Origin: Bacteroidales bacterium
Lineage (GTDB): Bacteria; Bacteroidota; Bacteroidia; Bacteroidales; PUMT01
NCBI GenBank assembly: GCA_007125955.1
Contig: SLCF01000002.1
Span: forward strand, 18,627-82,626
Reading direction: 5' to 3'
Length of the DNA stretch: 64,000 bases
The notes under the pieces were generated by a model that ran no database searches, was not told the DNA's origin, and saw only the letters and a list, made by a program, of their open reading frames with translations. How positions within the stretch are numbered: position 1 is the stretch's first letter; every line of letters begins with the position of its first letter. Below are positions 20,642 to 32,078 of the stretch, piece by piece. Position numbers and translations under genes: made by a program.

Positions 20642-23509
20642 ATGAAAGCAAATTACTTACTGCAAATGAGACTGGTTATAACGGTTTCATTGTTTTTATT
20701 TGCAGCTGTGGCTGCTCTGACCGCACAGGAAGAACTGCCTCCTGTAACATGGTATGATGTACCTGACTGGAAGTATATCCCGGGCGGGTCTGTAACCGTT
20801 TCAAATGACGGAAACTGGTTTGCATACTGGTACAGTCCCAACAACGGTAATTCGGAACTTATACTGCAACACACCGTGGAGAAGGAGTCCAGAAAGGTTT
20901 ATGAAATTGGAGAAACCGGCCGAGCCGGTTCAGGCGCCATTCAGTTCAACGAAACATCCGGATATATTGCCTTCTTAGTTTATCCAACTGAAGAAGAGAG
21001 AAAAAAAGCCTCACGCGACAATCCTCCGCAGAACAAGCTCAAGCTTGTAAAGCTTGATATTATGGAGGAAGAGGTTTTCGATAATGTGAAGAGTTTCTCT
21101 TTTTCAGGGGAGAATCCTGACTGGCTGGCAGTCCACCTTTCAACCCCTCAACCCTCAAGGGATAACGAAGCGGGAAGCGGAACCGACCTCCTGATTTTCG
21201 AACTTGAAACAGGAGATATGCTGAGCTTTGGTAACGTATCATCCTACAGTTTTGATAAAAAAGGCCGCTGGCTCGCATGGCTTATAGACGCCCATGGAAA
21301 ATCGGGAAACGGCATCCATTTTCTTAATATGGAATCGGGCAATGTTATCCCTGCTGAAAGCGGAAAAGCGGGCTACAGGCATCTTAACTGGACTGATGAG
21401 GGTGACGGTCTGGCCGTCCTGAAAGGTGTTGAAGATGAAGAATGGGAGGATATGCTTTACAGTGTTGTAGCATTCAGTAATTTTGACGGCAGACCTGTTA
21501 AGGTGGAATATAATCCTCAAAAGGATGAGAGCTTCCCGGAAAATATGACCATCAGTCCCAACAGGGCTCCTTTATGGTCGGAAGATATGAATTCGCTCTT
21601 TTTTGGCATTCATGAAGCAACGAAGAAAAAGGAAAAAGTGGAACAGAAGGAGAACGATGAGAATGATAAAGTTCAAGAAAGTGAAAGAGTTACACTTGGT
21701 GAGAGCGAAGAGGAAAAGCCTGAGGTTGTAATCTGGCACTGGCTTGACGAGAGACTGCAGTCGGTGCAACAGAGAAGGGAGAATATGGACAGGAACTTCA
21801 GCTACCTGTCAGTTTACCACATTGATGAAAGCCGTTTTGTTCAGCTTGCCGATGATTATATCCGGAGTGTGAACGTCGCCTCGAACGACAGGTTTGCCCT
21901 GGGTATTGATAATACCGATTACGAAATGAAAGGAGGGTTAAGCGGCAGGAATCATGCCGATATATACCTGATTGATGTGAAAACCGGGGAAAAAGAGCTG
22001 CTGCTTGAAAAACACCGCATGCTCGGTAGCCTCAGCATCTCACCCGACGGCAACAGCTTTCTCTTTTACAGGGAGGGTGACTATTATGTATGGGACTTCA
22101 TTTCCGGGGACGAGACAAATATTACCAGAAATGTCCCCTCTCATTTTACAAACGACACACACGACAGGAATATCAAGTACCCGCCAACTCCGTCATGGGG
22201 ATGGACAAGCGATTCGGAGCATCTGCTCATACGCGACAACTGGGATGTGTGGAAAATCTCTGCAAAAGGAAAAGATTTTGTGAACCTTACACTTAATGGT
22301 GCGGAAAACAAATGGATATACCAGACGCGTTACCGTCTTGACCCTGACGAAGAAGGAATTGATCTTGATGAACCTGTTTACATAAGGGTTTTTGACGATG
22401 TGACAAAACGTACCGGTGTTGCAATGATTGACAATGGCAAACCAGGTGAAAAAATACTTATGATGGACGATGTTCAGTTCGGATTCCTGAACAAATTAAA
22501 AGACAGGGATATCTATTATTTTACAAAACAAACTGTAACCGATCCGCCTGACTACTATATAACCCGTAACAGTAACCTTTCACAGGCCGAAAAAATTACT
22601 GAAATATATCCCGGGCAGGAGAATTTTGCCATGTCTCCCGGATCCAGGCTTATATCCTATGTAAGCGAAAGGGGGGACACTCTGGATGCTGCAATTTTTC
22701 TGCCTGCCGGCTATGAAGAGGGTGAAAAGTACCCGACCGTGGTCTATATTTATGAGCGACTGACCCAGGGGCTCAACAGTTACACCAGACCTGCACTACC
22801 GGGCGGGGGATTCAACCGCTCACTCTATACAAGCAACGGGTATGCGGTGCTGATGCCGGACATTGTTTACGAAATAAACGACCCGGGTATGTCAGCCGTA
22901 TGGTGTGTACTTCCTGCAGTTGATGCTGCAGTTGAAACCGGGATTGTTGACCCCGGCAGGATAGGGATACACGGCCACTCATGGGGAGGTTACCAGACTT
23001 CCTTCCTGATAACCCAGACCGATATATTCAGGGCGGCGGTTGCAGGAGCTCCGCTTACCAACATGATAAGCATGTACAGTCTGATATACTGGAACACAGG
23101 CAGCACCAACCAGCCCATTTTTGAAACAAGTCAGGGAAGATTTGAAGGTGGATACTGGGATCACTGGGAGGCATACAAACGCAACTCACCGGTTTACTTT
23201 GCCAAAAATGTTGAAACACCACTTCTGCTTATGCATAACGACGAAGATGGTGCCGTGGATTTCACTCAGGGTATAGAATATTACAATACCCTGAGAAGAC
23301 TGCAGAAACCGGTGATAATGCTGCAATATCCGGGTGAGAACCATTCTGTTGCCAAAACCCCCAACAGGATTGATTATGCATTCAGGATGATGGAGTTTCT
23401 TGACCATTACCTGAAAGACAAAGAGGCTCCTGAATGGGTCAGGAAAGGGGTGCCGTTGCTGGAAATGGAAGATCATCTTAAAGAACGTCCGGCAATACTG
23501 AACAGGTAA
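20642..23509 (+). CDS. Secreted S9 (prolyl oligopeptidase family) peptidase
   Basis: Signal peptide, beta-propeller region, GHSWGG nucleophile, D (DGAV) and H (GENH) of the triad. Confidence 0.9.
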   Translation: MKANYLLQMRLVITVSLFLFAAVAALTAQEELPPVTWYDVPDWKYIPGGSVTVSNDGNWFAYWYSPNNGNSELILQHTVEKESRKVYEIGETGRAGSGAIQFNETSGYIAFLVYPTEEERKKASRDNPPQNKLKLVKLDIMEEEVFDNVKSFSFSGENPDWLAVHLSTPQPSRDNEAGSGTDLLIFELETGDMLSFGNVSSYSFDKKGRWLAWLIDAHGKSGNGIHFLNMESGNVIPAESGKAGYRHLNWTDEGDGLAVLKGVEDEEWEDMLYSVVAFSNFDGRPVKVEYNPQKDESFPENMTISPNRAPLWSEDMNSLFFGIHEATKKKEKVEQKENDENDKVQESERVTLGESEEEKPEVVIWHWLDERLQSVQQRRENMDRNFSYLSVYHIDESRFVQLADDYIRSVNVASNDRFALGIDNTDYEMKGGLSGRNHADIYLIDVKTGEKELLLEKHRMLGSLSISPDGNSFLFYREGDYYVWDFISGDETNITRNVPSHFTNDTHDRNIKYPPTPSWGWTSDSEHLLIRDNWDVWKISAKGKDFVNLTLNGAENKWIYQTRYRLDPDEEGIDLDEPVYIRVFDDVTKRTGVAMIDNGKPGEKILMMDDVQFGFLNKLKDRDIYYFTKQTVTDPPDYYITRNSNLSQAEKITEIYPGQENFAMSPGSRLISYVSERGDTLDAAIFLPAGYEEGEKYPTVVYIYERLTQGLNSYTRPALPGGGFNRSLYTSNGYAVLMPDIVYEINDPGMSAVWCVLPAVDAAVETGIVDPGRIGIHGHSWGGYQTSFLITQTDIFRAAVAGAPLTNMISMYSLIYWNTGSTNQPIFETSQGRFEGGYWDHWEAYKRNSPVYFAKNVETPLLLMHNDEDGAVDFTQGIEYYNTLRRLQKPVIMLQYPGENHSVAKTPNRIDYAFRMMEFLDHYLKDKEAPEWVRKGVPLLEMEDHLKERPAILNR

Positions 23510-23555
23510 TTTTTTTGATCAGGCAGCTAAAGAGACCTTCAGGTATGGTTTAATA

Positions 23556-23590
23556 ATCAAAGCCCCTCTGCATGTCAGAGGGGCTTTGAT
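23556..23590. terminator. Perfect 15-bp hairpin between convergent genes, likely a bidirectional terminator
   Basis: ATCAAAGCCCCTCTG-catgt-CAGAGGGGCTTTGAT. Confidence 0.8.
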
Positions 23591-23631
23591 CATATCCATA
23601 AACACCGGTCAGACCGGACTGGCAGCAATTA

Positions 23632-25083
23632 TTATGAAACCTCTTTTATCGCCCAGTCAAACGCTTTTTCAACCATATCTGAAGGAGGCTGCTTGATAAA
23701 CCCATCATCTATAAGCTTATGTGTCATATTACGGGAGAGTTCAATATCTGCCTGCGCCTGGTTGTATGCCTCCTCCCATGTCATGGTCTTGCGTGCCACG
23801 CCGTCCTTAATTGCCTGCATGGCAACATCGGCCGCTTCATGAGCAAATACACCATGCTCCTCCATTGTAGGTATTATACTTTCGGTTGTCAGACCTCTTT
23901 TTTCAGCAAACCGGGCAAGAGATTCGGCAGCTGCAATAGCCATTTCATCGGTTATAGCACTTGCATTGGCAAGCAATGCGCCTTTCAGTATACCGGGGAA
24001 CCCGAGAGAATTGTTAACCTGGTTGGCGAAATCACCCCTTCCTGTTGCGGTTATAAAAGCTCCGGCTTCTTTTGCAAGGTAGGGATATATTTCAGGGACA
24101 GGATTGGCACATGCAAAAACTATTGGTTTTTCAGCCATTCTTTTGATCAGTTCTCCGTCAAAGCTTGGCCCTGGTTTAGAAAGGGCAACCAGTGCATCTG
24201 CACCGTTGAGCGCCTCTTCGAGGGTGTCAATATTGTCAGGGTTGGTTGCTGTGCAAACCTCCCACTTCGGATAATACCTCGGATCACCCTCAATATCTTT
24301 CCTGTTTTTATGGAGGCCGCCCTTTGAGTCTATCATTATTGTCTTTTTGGGATCGAAGCCGGCCTTGAACATTATGCGGGCAACTGCGGTATTGGATGCT
24401 CCCGCTCCCAGCAGAACAATTTTTGAATCTTCATTCTTCTTGCCTGCCAGCTTTAGTGCATTTATCAGTCCGGCAAGAGTTACACATGCAGTCCCCTGGG
24501 CATCATCATGCCATACAGGTATACTGCACTCCTCCCTCAGCGTGTCAAGAACTTTGTAACAGTTGGGATTTGCAATGTCCTCGAGGTTTATCCCTCCGAA
24601 ACTGTATTGTGCCATCTTCACAAATTCGATCATCTTGTCGGGGTCATTTTTTCCGTTCTTGTCGCGACTGTCAATGCATAATGCTATAGCATCAACACCA
24701 CCGAGATACTTCATAAGAAAAGCTTTCCCCTCCATTACTCCCAGCCCTCCGGGGGGAGTGCAATCACCGTCTCCGAGCACCCTGGTGGAGTCACTTACTA
24801 CTGCCACCAGGTTGCCCCTGTTTGACAGTTCGTATGAAAGTTCATTGTTGTCGCGGATCTCTGTGGATATCTTTGATACACCGGGTGTATACCATACGTT
24901 GAACCAGTTGAAGCCTATTACGGGGGCTTTGGGGATTGTTTGCATCTTGCCTTTGTAAAAGTCATGCGAAAGCAGTGCAAGCTTTTTTAAAAACAAAGTC
25001 TTGGCTTTAGCCATTTGTTCCTGTGTGAAATTTTCAGGAAACGATTCATTCAGATTGTCGAGGTTCAGGTTGATTTTTGCCAT
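23632..25083 (-). CDS. NAD(P)-dependent malic enzyme (short form, no PTA domain)
   Basis: YTPGV, VMEGKA, INLEDI, VWHDDAQGTA, GAGAS, ANPVPEI, TGRGDFANQVNN. Confidence 0.9.
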   Translation of the reverse strand: MAKINLNLDNLNESFPENFTQEQMAKAKTLFLKKLALLSHDFYKGKMQTIPKAPVIGFNWFNVWYTPGVSKISTEIRDNNELSYELSNRGNLVAVVSDSTRVLGDGDCTPPGGLGVMEGKAFLMKYLGGVDAIALCIDSRDKNGKNDPDKMIEFVKMAQYSFGGINLEDIANPNCYKVLDTLREECSIPVWHDDAQGTACVTLAGLINALKLAGKKNEDSKIVLLGAGASNTAVARIMFKAGFDPKKTIMIDSKGGLHKNRKDIEGDPRYYPKWEVCTATNPDNIDTLEEALNGADALVALSKPGPSFDGELIKRMAEKPIVFACANPVPEIYPYLAKEAGAFITATGRGDFANQVNNSLGFPGILKGALLANASAITDEMAIAAAESLARFAEKRGLTTESIIPTMEEHGVFAHEAADVAMQAIKDGVARKTMTWEEAYNQAQADIELSRNMTHKLIDDGFIKQPPSDMVEKAFDWAIKEVS

Positions 25084-25438
25084 GGTTAAGGAAAATTAAT
25101 GTTAATGAGAATTGATTAAATATGTAATAAATTTATATAATTAAATCTCTCTCCTAAAACCTCATCTGCGGAATATGCATACTAAACTACAGCTATGGTT
25201 CCTTCAGGATGCTGTCCAACTTTTTCCACTCTCTATAACCGTTCTGCAGTTCAGAAATGCAGACCGGCTCATTTTACCTTATAAATATAGTAAAAGTAGT
25301 TCAATTTTTTTGAACTGCAGAAAAAATATCGGTTACAACAATAATATGTTATACAACAATGCATCCCAAAATAGCAACATATATAGGGAATAAATCATTC
25401 TCCCTGCGGCAGAAATTTTTAATACTTAAGAAACCTGC

Positions 25439-26500
25439 TTACTGCTGTATCTCTTCATCTCCATTGCCGGGGTGGAGACTGTCACTGGTAAGCTCCTGGT
25501 GCATTTTGCGGTTTTTGTAAATGTCGCATGCCAGGTATACAGCCTGGCGGAAAGAAGCGGGACACGCTTCATTTTTCCCGGCAATCTCATAGGCAGTTCC
25601 ATGTGCCGGAGAAGTCCGCACTACGGGCAGACCGGCTGTATAATTCACCCCTGTTTCAAATACAAGCGACTTAAATGGTGCAAGACCCTGGTCGTGGTAC
25701 ATGGCAAGTATTGCATCGAACTTCGTAAAATTTTCAGATCCGAAAAATCCGTCAGCAGGATAGGGTCCGAGCGCCATTATTCCTTCATCACGTGCCTGGT
25801 TTATTGCAGGGATTATCTTTTCAATTTCCTCACTGCCTATCAGTCCGCTGTCACCTGCATGTGGATTAAGTCCGAGTACCGCAATAAGCGGCTTCCGTGT
25901 GGCAAAATCCTGTATAAGTGACTGGTTGAGGATGCGGAGCTTGTCCAGTATCTTGTTCTTGTTTATAAATCCGGGCACCTCGGAAAGTGCAATATGGTCA
26001 GATACCACCCCCACTTTCAATAATTCGCTTACCATTATCATCAACACCTCTTCGGTGTTAAACATTGAAGCCAGATATTCGGTATGCCCCTTGAAATTGA
26101 ATTTATCCGACTGTATATTATGCTTGTTTATCGGGGCGGTGACTATTACATCAATAAGTCCTTCTTTTGCATCACTCACAGCCATCTTGAGGGCTTCAAG
26201 GGATGCTTCACCAGCCATTGGAGTTGATTTGCCGAGTTCAACACGAACAGAATCATCAAGGCAATCGACTATATTTGCCCGTTTCTGGTTGGCTTCTGCT
26301 GCCGACTTTACAAGGTTAAAGCTGAAGTTGCTTACATTGAGGGCTTTGCGATGATATGCGGCCACTTTGGGAGAACCGTAAACAACCGGTGTACACAATT
26401 CAAGAATCCGGTTGTCCATAAGTGTTTTGATAATGACCTCGTAGCTGATACTGTTAATATCACCGTGAGTTATACCTGCTTTTATTTTCTGGCTTTCCAT
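25439..26500 (-). CDS. pdxA: 4-hydroxythreonine-4-phosphate dehydrogenase
   Basis: TAPINK, GHTEY, NPHAGD, YHDQG, RTSPAHGTA. Confidence 0.93.
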   Translation of the reverse strand: MESQKIKAGITHGDINSISYEVIIKTLMDNRILELCTPVVYGSPKVAAYHRKALNVSNFSFNLVKSAAEANQKRANIVDCLDDSVRVELGKSTPMAGEASLEALKMAVSDAKEGLIDVIVTAPINKHNIQSDKFNFKGHTEYLASMFNTEEVLMIMVSELLKVGVVSDHIALSEVPGFINKNKILDKLRILNQSLIQDFATRKPLIAVLGLNPHAGDSGLIGSEEIEKIIPAINQARDEGIMALGPYPADGFFGSENFTKFDAILAMYHDQGLAPFKSLVFETGVNYTAGLPVVRTSPAHGTAYEIAGKNEACPASFRQAVYLACDIYKNRKMHQELTSDSLHPGNGDEEIQQ

Positions 26501-26570
26501 ATACTCTTATCTCTTAATGATTGATCATTCCATAAATGTCTGACAAGATAAATAGACTTGCCGGGCTGAA

Positions 26571-28016
26571 CTATAATAACTGTTTTATATGCTTAAGAAA
26601 ATCGTAAATAAGCCGTACTCCCACACCGCTTCCGCCTTTTACACGGTAACCCTCTTTTTTATGCAAAAAGGCGGGCCCGGCAATATCAAGATGGATCCAG
26701 GGATATGATATGAAATGTTCCAGGAATTTTCCGGCTGTTATAGTTCCTGCAGTCCTGCCGCCAATATTTTTCAGTTCGGCTACATCCGATTTAAGTGACT
26801 CTTTGTAATCATCCCAAAGTGGAAACTCTACTACCCTTTCATGCACATTCATACCGCTTTCCGTTATCTCCTGCAGGATTTTATCATCTGTCTTTCTCAT
26901 AAGTGCAATTGCTTTTGTTCCCAAAGCTGCCTGGGCGGAACCGGTTAAAGTGGCCAGATCTATCACAAGTGAAGGCTCATACCTGGCTGCATATGACAGC
27001 GCGTCAGCAAGCAGCATTCTGCCCTCAGCATCGGTATTGAGAACCTCTACCGTTGTTTCGTCATACATTTTAACAACATCGCCCGGCACAATGGCATTTC
27101 CATCCGGCCTGTTGTCTGTTGCCGGAATAAGTCCGATAATATGGACCGGCAGCCTGTTCTTTGAAACAGCATACATTATACCTGCAACAGAGGCCGCACC
27201 TGCCATGTCAGATTTCATGTAATCCATGCTATTGTAGGTAGGCTTCAAACTTATTCCACCGGTATCGTAAACCACCCCCTTACCAACCAGCACAACCGGT
27301 TTGTTATTGACCGCCTTTTCCGGTTTCCATTCCAGCACTGAAAAAGTCGGAGGGTCTACACTTCCCCTGTTAACTGACAATATGCCTCCCATTCCCAACT
27401 CTTCCAGTTTAGCTTTATCAAACACCTCAACACTGAAACCGGCTTCTTCGCCAAGCTTCTCAATTTCCGCGGCAAAGCGAACGGCTGTGAGATATGAAAG
27501 CGGCTCGTTTACAAGGTCTCTTGCAGTAAAAACAGCTTTGCACAAAACACCAAGCTCCAGCAGGTCTTCTTCAGTAACATATGTACTTTTTACCAGAATT
27601 TTTGCCGGGTACCCCCCCTTTCTGTCCCCTTCCTTCATATATTTATCAAAACGGTAACCGGCAAGCAATAATCCTTCAGTAAAAGCAAGCACAGGTTCGG
27701 GATCATTCAAAAGATCGGTAACAACCATTTCTGTAATTTTGTTCTCCCGAAGTGCTGATATCAGGCGGGATGCTTCGTTGCGAAGATTTTCCCAATTATT
27801 GCTGTTCTCTTCCGAAGGGTCAGATACAACAATAAAACTCCATCTTGAATATGAATTGACTGTAACACTTTTTGATCCGTCAGCTATCTTAGATTTGACA
27901 TATTCAAGTTCCATCTTGCTGAAAGCATCCTCAGGAAGGATTGTATCCTTTGAAACTATATAAGCGGCAGTAAAACCTGCCGGAAATTCATTTGTTTTTT
28001 GAAGTAATGGTAGCAT
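26571..28016 (-). CDS. pepA: M17 leucyl aminopeptidase
   Basis: GKGVVYDTGG, MKSDM, NTDAEGR, ATLTG, HLDIAG. Confidence 0.93.
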   Translation of the reverse strand: MLPLLQKTNEFPAGFTAAYIVSKDTILPEDAFSKMELEYVKSKIADGSKSVTVNSYSRWSFIVVSDPSEENSNNWENLRNEASRLISALRENKITEMVVTDLLNDPEPVLAFTEGLLLAGYRFDKYMKEGDRKGGYPAKILVKSTYVTEEDLLELGVLCKAVFTARDLVNEPLSYLTAVRFAAEIEKLGEEAGFSVEVFDKAKLEELGMGGILSVNRGSVDPPTFSVLEWKPEKAVNNKPVVLVGKGVVYDTGGISLKPTYNSMDYMKSDMAGAASVAGIMYAVSKNRLPVHIIGLIPATDNRPDGNAIVPGDVVKMYDETTVEVLNTDAEGRMLLADALSYAARYEPSLVIDLATLTGSAQAALGTKAIALMRKTDDKILQEITESGMNVHERVVEFPLWDDYKESLKSDVAELKNIGGRTAGTITAGKFLEHFISYPWIHLDIAGPAFLHKKEGYRVKGGSGVGVRLIYDFLKHIKQLL

Positions 28017-28146
28017 CTGGTTAATAGTTTACCGGGTAAATGTATAAAAAATTGAAACCGATCCGCTCCCGCCGGTAATATGAAGATGACAGGATCATTA
28101 AAGTTTCTTCCTTTACGCATGCAAATTAAAGATAAAAGATTAAAAT

Positions 28147-28224
28147 AAAAAAGTGCATTTCAAGCCGTACTTTCACGGAGCTGGAAGGTTCCGGTCAGCA
28201 GTACAGGCTTTCAATACACTTTTT
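28147..28224 (-). terminator. Long imperfect hairpin with U-tract just after groEL
   Basis: Minus strand AAAAAGTGTATTGAAAGCCTGTACT...AGTACGGCTTGAAATGCACTTTTTT followed by ATTTT. Confidence 0.55.
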
Positions 28225-28243
28225 CAGATGAGTTGTCAGAAAC

Positions 28244-29917
<1,674 letters not shown>

Positions 29918-29925
29918 TTAACTGT

Positions 29926-30210
29926 TTATTTTTCATCTATCAGCAAAATATCATCTTCACGCATTATGAGATAATCCTTTTCGCCAATCTTCACTTCCGT
30001 CCCGGCATATTTGCCATAAAGTACAATATCTCCCGCCTTTACGGTCATTGGCTCATCTTTCTTGCCTTCTCCAACCGCCACCACAGTACCTTTCTGTGGC
30101 TTTTCCTGGGCAGATTCGGGTATATATATACCTCCGGTTGTTTTTACTTCGGCATCATGAGGTTCGATTAGAACCCTGTCTTTTAATGGTTTCTGTTTTA
30201 TAGCAGCCAT
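29926..30210 (-). CDS. groES: Co-chaperonin GroES
   Basis: [30 protein letters not shown]. Confidence 0.98.
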   Translation of the reverse strand: MAAIKQKPLKDRVLIEPHDAEVKTTGGIYIPESAQEKPQKGTVVAVGEGKKDEPMTVKAGDIVLYGKYAGTEVKIGEKDYLIMREDDILLIDEK

Positions 30211-30270
30211 TTGATCTTTTAATTTTTTTGGTTAGACATATAATAGAATTCTGAAATTTCACTCTTTTGC

Positions 30271-30287
30271 TTCATAATTTATGCCAA
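30271..30287 (-). promoter_or_regulatory. Putative sigma54 (-24/-12) promoter of groES-groEL
   Basis: Minus strand TTGGCATAAATTATGAA is GG-N10-GA, against consensus TGGCAC-N5-TTGC. No TAnnTTTG or CIRCE seen in this intergenic region. Confidence 0.55.
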
Positions 30288-30421
30288 AAGGCAAAAAAGA
30301 GCATAATCTCCGGTTTTACTGCATATATCGTCAGTTGTAACTGACGTAATTGCGGTCAGGTAAATGACCGGGAAAGTAATACATTGAAGATGTTTCGATT
30401 ATATCAATATTGCAAAAAGAA

Positions 30422-30453
30422 AAAGTGTCAGAATGATGACATACTGACACTTT
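30422..30453 (-). terminator. Probable secG terminator
   Basis: AAAGTGTCAG-N12-CTGACACTTT inverted repeat; minus strand continues TTCTTTTT. Confidence 0.6.
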
Positions 30454-30495
30454 ATTATTTAATTTAATTCAAAATTCTCCTTTTGACTGCCCGGA

Positions 30496-30900
30496 TCAGT
30501 CATTTTCAGGCTCCTCAGCTTCCGGTGGCAAAAGATCTTCCGGATCAACTACCTGGATATCCTCATCCAAAGGAACCTCTCCGGGCTCCTGAACTGGGAA
30601 TGTAGGCAATCCCTGAGAAGGATCAACCCTGCGATCCATCTCCTGCTCAATTATTGAGCGTTCAACTTCTGCATCACCACGCGGAATAGCAGCAGATGCC
30701 AGCAGACTCAAAACCATAAGACTTGCGGCAAGCGTCCATGTGGTCTTTTCGAGGAAGTCAGCTGTCTTTCTTACTCCCATCATCTGGTTGGAAGAAGAAA
30801 AATTGGCTGCCAGCCCTCCTCCCTTTGAATTCTGAACCAGAACTATCAGAACCAGCAGAATCGCAACAATGAATATCATAACTGAAATAAATACAAACAT
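30496..30900 (-). CDS. secG: Preprotein translocase subunit SecG
   Basis: VLVQNSKGGGLA, DFLEKTTW, two TMs, acidic tail. Confidence 0.93.
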   Translation of the reverse strand: MFVFISVMIFIVAILLVLIVLVQNSKGGGLAANFSSSNQMMGVRKTADFLEKTTWTLAASLMVLSLLASAAIPRGDAEVERSIIEQEMDRRVDPSQGLPTFPVQEPGEVPLDEDIQVVDPEDLLPPEAEEPEND

Positions 30901-30915
30901 AGCCGTTACTCTTTC

Positions 30916-32070
30916 TTAATGTGATTGATTAATAATACGTTTTATCTCTTCAATTTGTTTTGCAAAGTAACTATATTTTTCCGGATATTTCAAACTTAAT
31001 TTCTCATATGCATATACAGCCTTTTGATAATGCTTTTGCTGAATATATATCCTGGCAAGGGTTTCTGTAAAAAGTTCCTCGCTTTCCCTGGCACTGCCCC
31101 CGGAAATATCCACTTCCTGACCGGGATCTTCCGGTATTTCACGGGGTTCGATACGGGGTTTATTTTCCAGAAAACGGTCAATCAGATCATCTTCATTTCC
31201 GGAATCCGCTTCATCATCACTTCCGGATCGTTCTTTTCCTTTACCAAAACCCTTATTCTCCCAGAGGGTTTCTGGAGGCTTCAGCAATTCAAGCCATTTA
31301 AAGAAGGGATAAGTTCCGTCTGAAAGAGAATCCTCTTCAGCGGTTCCATCTTCATTTCCCCATTCAGCAAGCAAACCGGAATCAAACTCCAGCAGATCGT
31401 CAGTTTCTTTCCCTTTTGAAACTTCACCTTCATCTTCGGAAGTCGGTTCATCCTCCTGAACGGCGCTTTCAGCGAAAGCTTCCGCTTTTTCTTCCCCGTC
31501 ATCGCTTTTTATCAACTGACCCTCTTCCTCAACATGCAAATCCTCATTATCCGCAAACCCGGCTCCCTCCTTTTTTCTTTTGTACTCCTGTATTTCCCGG
31601 AGTATCCTGTCAGCAAGCGATTCCTCCCCGGATGTGCCGCCTGCCGGTTTATCCTCTTCCGGTACGGCAGTTGACCCTTCATCCGCGGCCATTTCCTCTT
31701 CCCGGTTCTCATCTGATCCTGATGACTTAACAGTTTCTTCCGAAGTATCATCTTCAGTAAAATTTTCAACCGGACTTGCTACTTCTCCTCTCTCTTTCTC
31801 TTTTTCAGAAACAGTGCTTTTATCACTGAATAAATAATCGTGGACAAGCTTGAACATCCTGTCTCTGTCACCTGCATAGGCTGCCGAAAGATTCAGCTGT
31901 CCTGCGAAATGGATATCGTCAGTGTTTTTCAGGTTTTTCACCATAAGTAAATGGGCGGTGTGAAAATAGGGATAGCGTTGCAAAACACCCCTTATCCCTT
32001 CAAGGCTTGTTTTGTCAAGTAATTGAGGATTGTACAGATAATTGATAAACTCTTCCCTGTTCATGTGCAC
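30916..32070 (-). CDS. Hypothetical protein with long acidic linker and C-terminal TPR-like helix pair
   Basis: YPYFHTAHLL N-terminal domain; E/D-rich middle; TETLARIYIQQKHYQKA...YPEK..YF. Confidence 0.75.
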   Translation of the reverse strand: MHMNREEFINYLYNPQLLDKTSLEGIRGVLQRYPYFHTAHLLMVKNLKNTDDIHFAGQLNLSAAYAGDRDRMFKLVHDYLFSDKSTVSEKEKERGEVASPVENFTEDDTSEETVKSSGSDENREEEMAADEGSTAVPEEDKPAGGTSGEESLADRILREIQEYKRKKEGAGFADNEDLHVEEEGQLIKSDDGEEKAEAFAESAVQEDEPTSEDEGEVSKGKETDDLLEFDSGLLAEWGNEDGTAEEDSLSDGTYPFFKWLELLKPPETLWENKGFGKGKERSGSDDEADSGNEDDLIDRFLENKPRIEPREIPEDPGQEVDISGGSARESEELFTETLARIYIQQKHYQKAVYAYEKLSLKYPEKYSYFAKQIEEIKRIINQSH

Positions 32071-32078
32071 GGTGATTG

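Noticed and set aside
25175-25393. 72-aa ORF in the malic enzyme/pdxA intergenic region
   Set aside because: AT-rich, no recognisable motif, and opposite in strand to both neighbours; probably spurious.
30211-30495. CIRCE/HrcA operator upstream of groES
   Set aside because: No TTAGCACTC-N9-GAGTGCTAA; the inverted repeats present have a different sequence.
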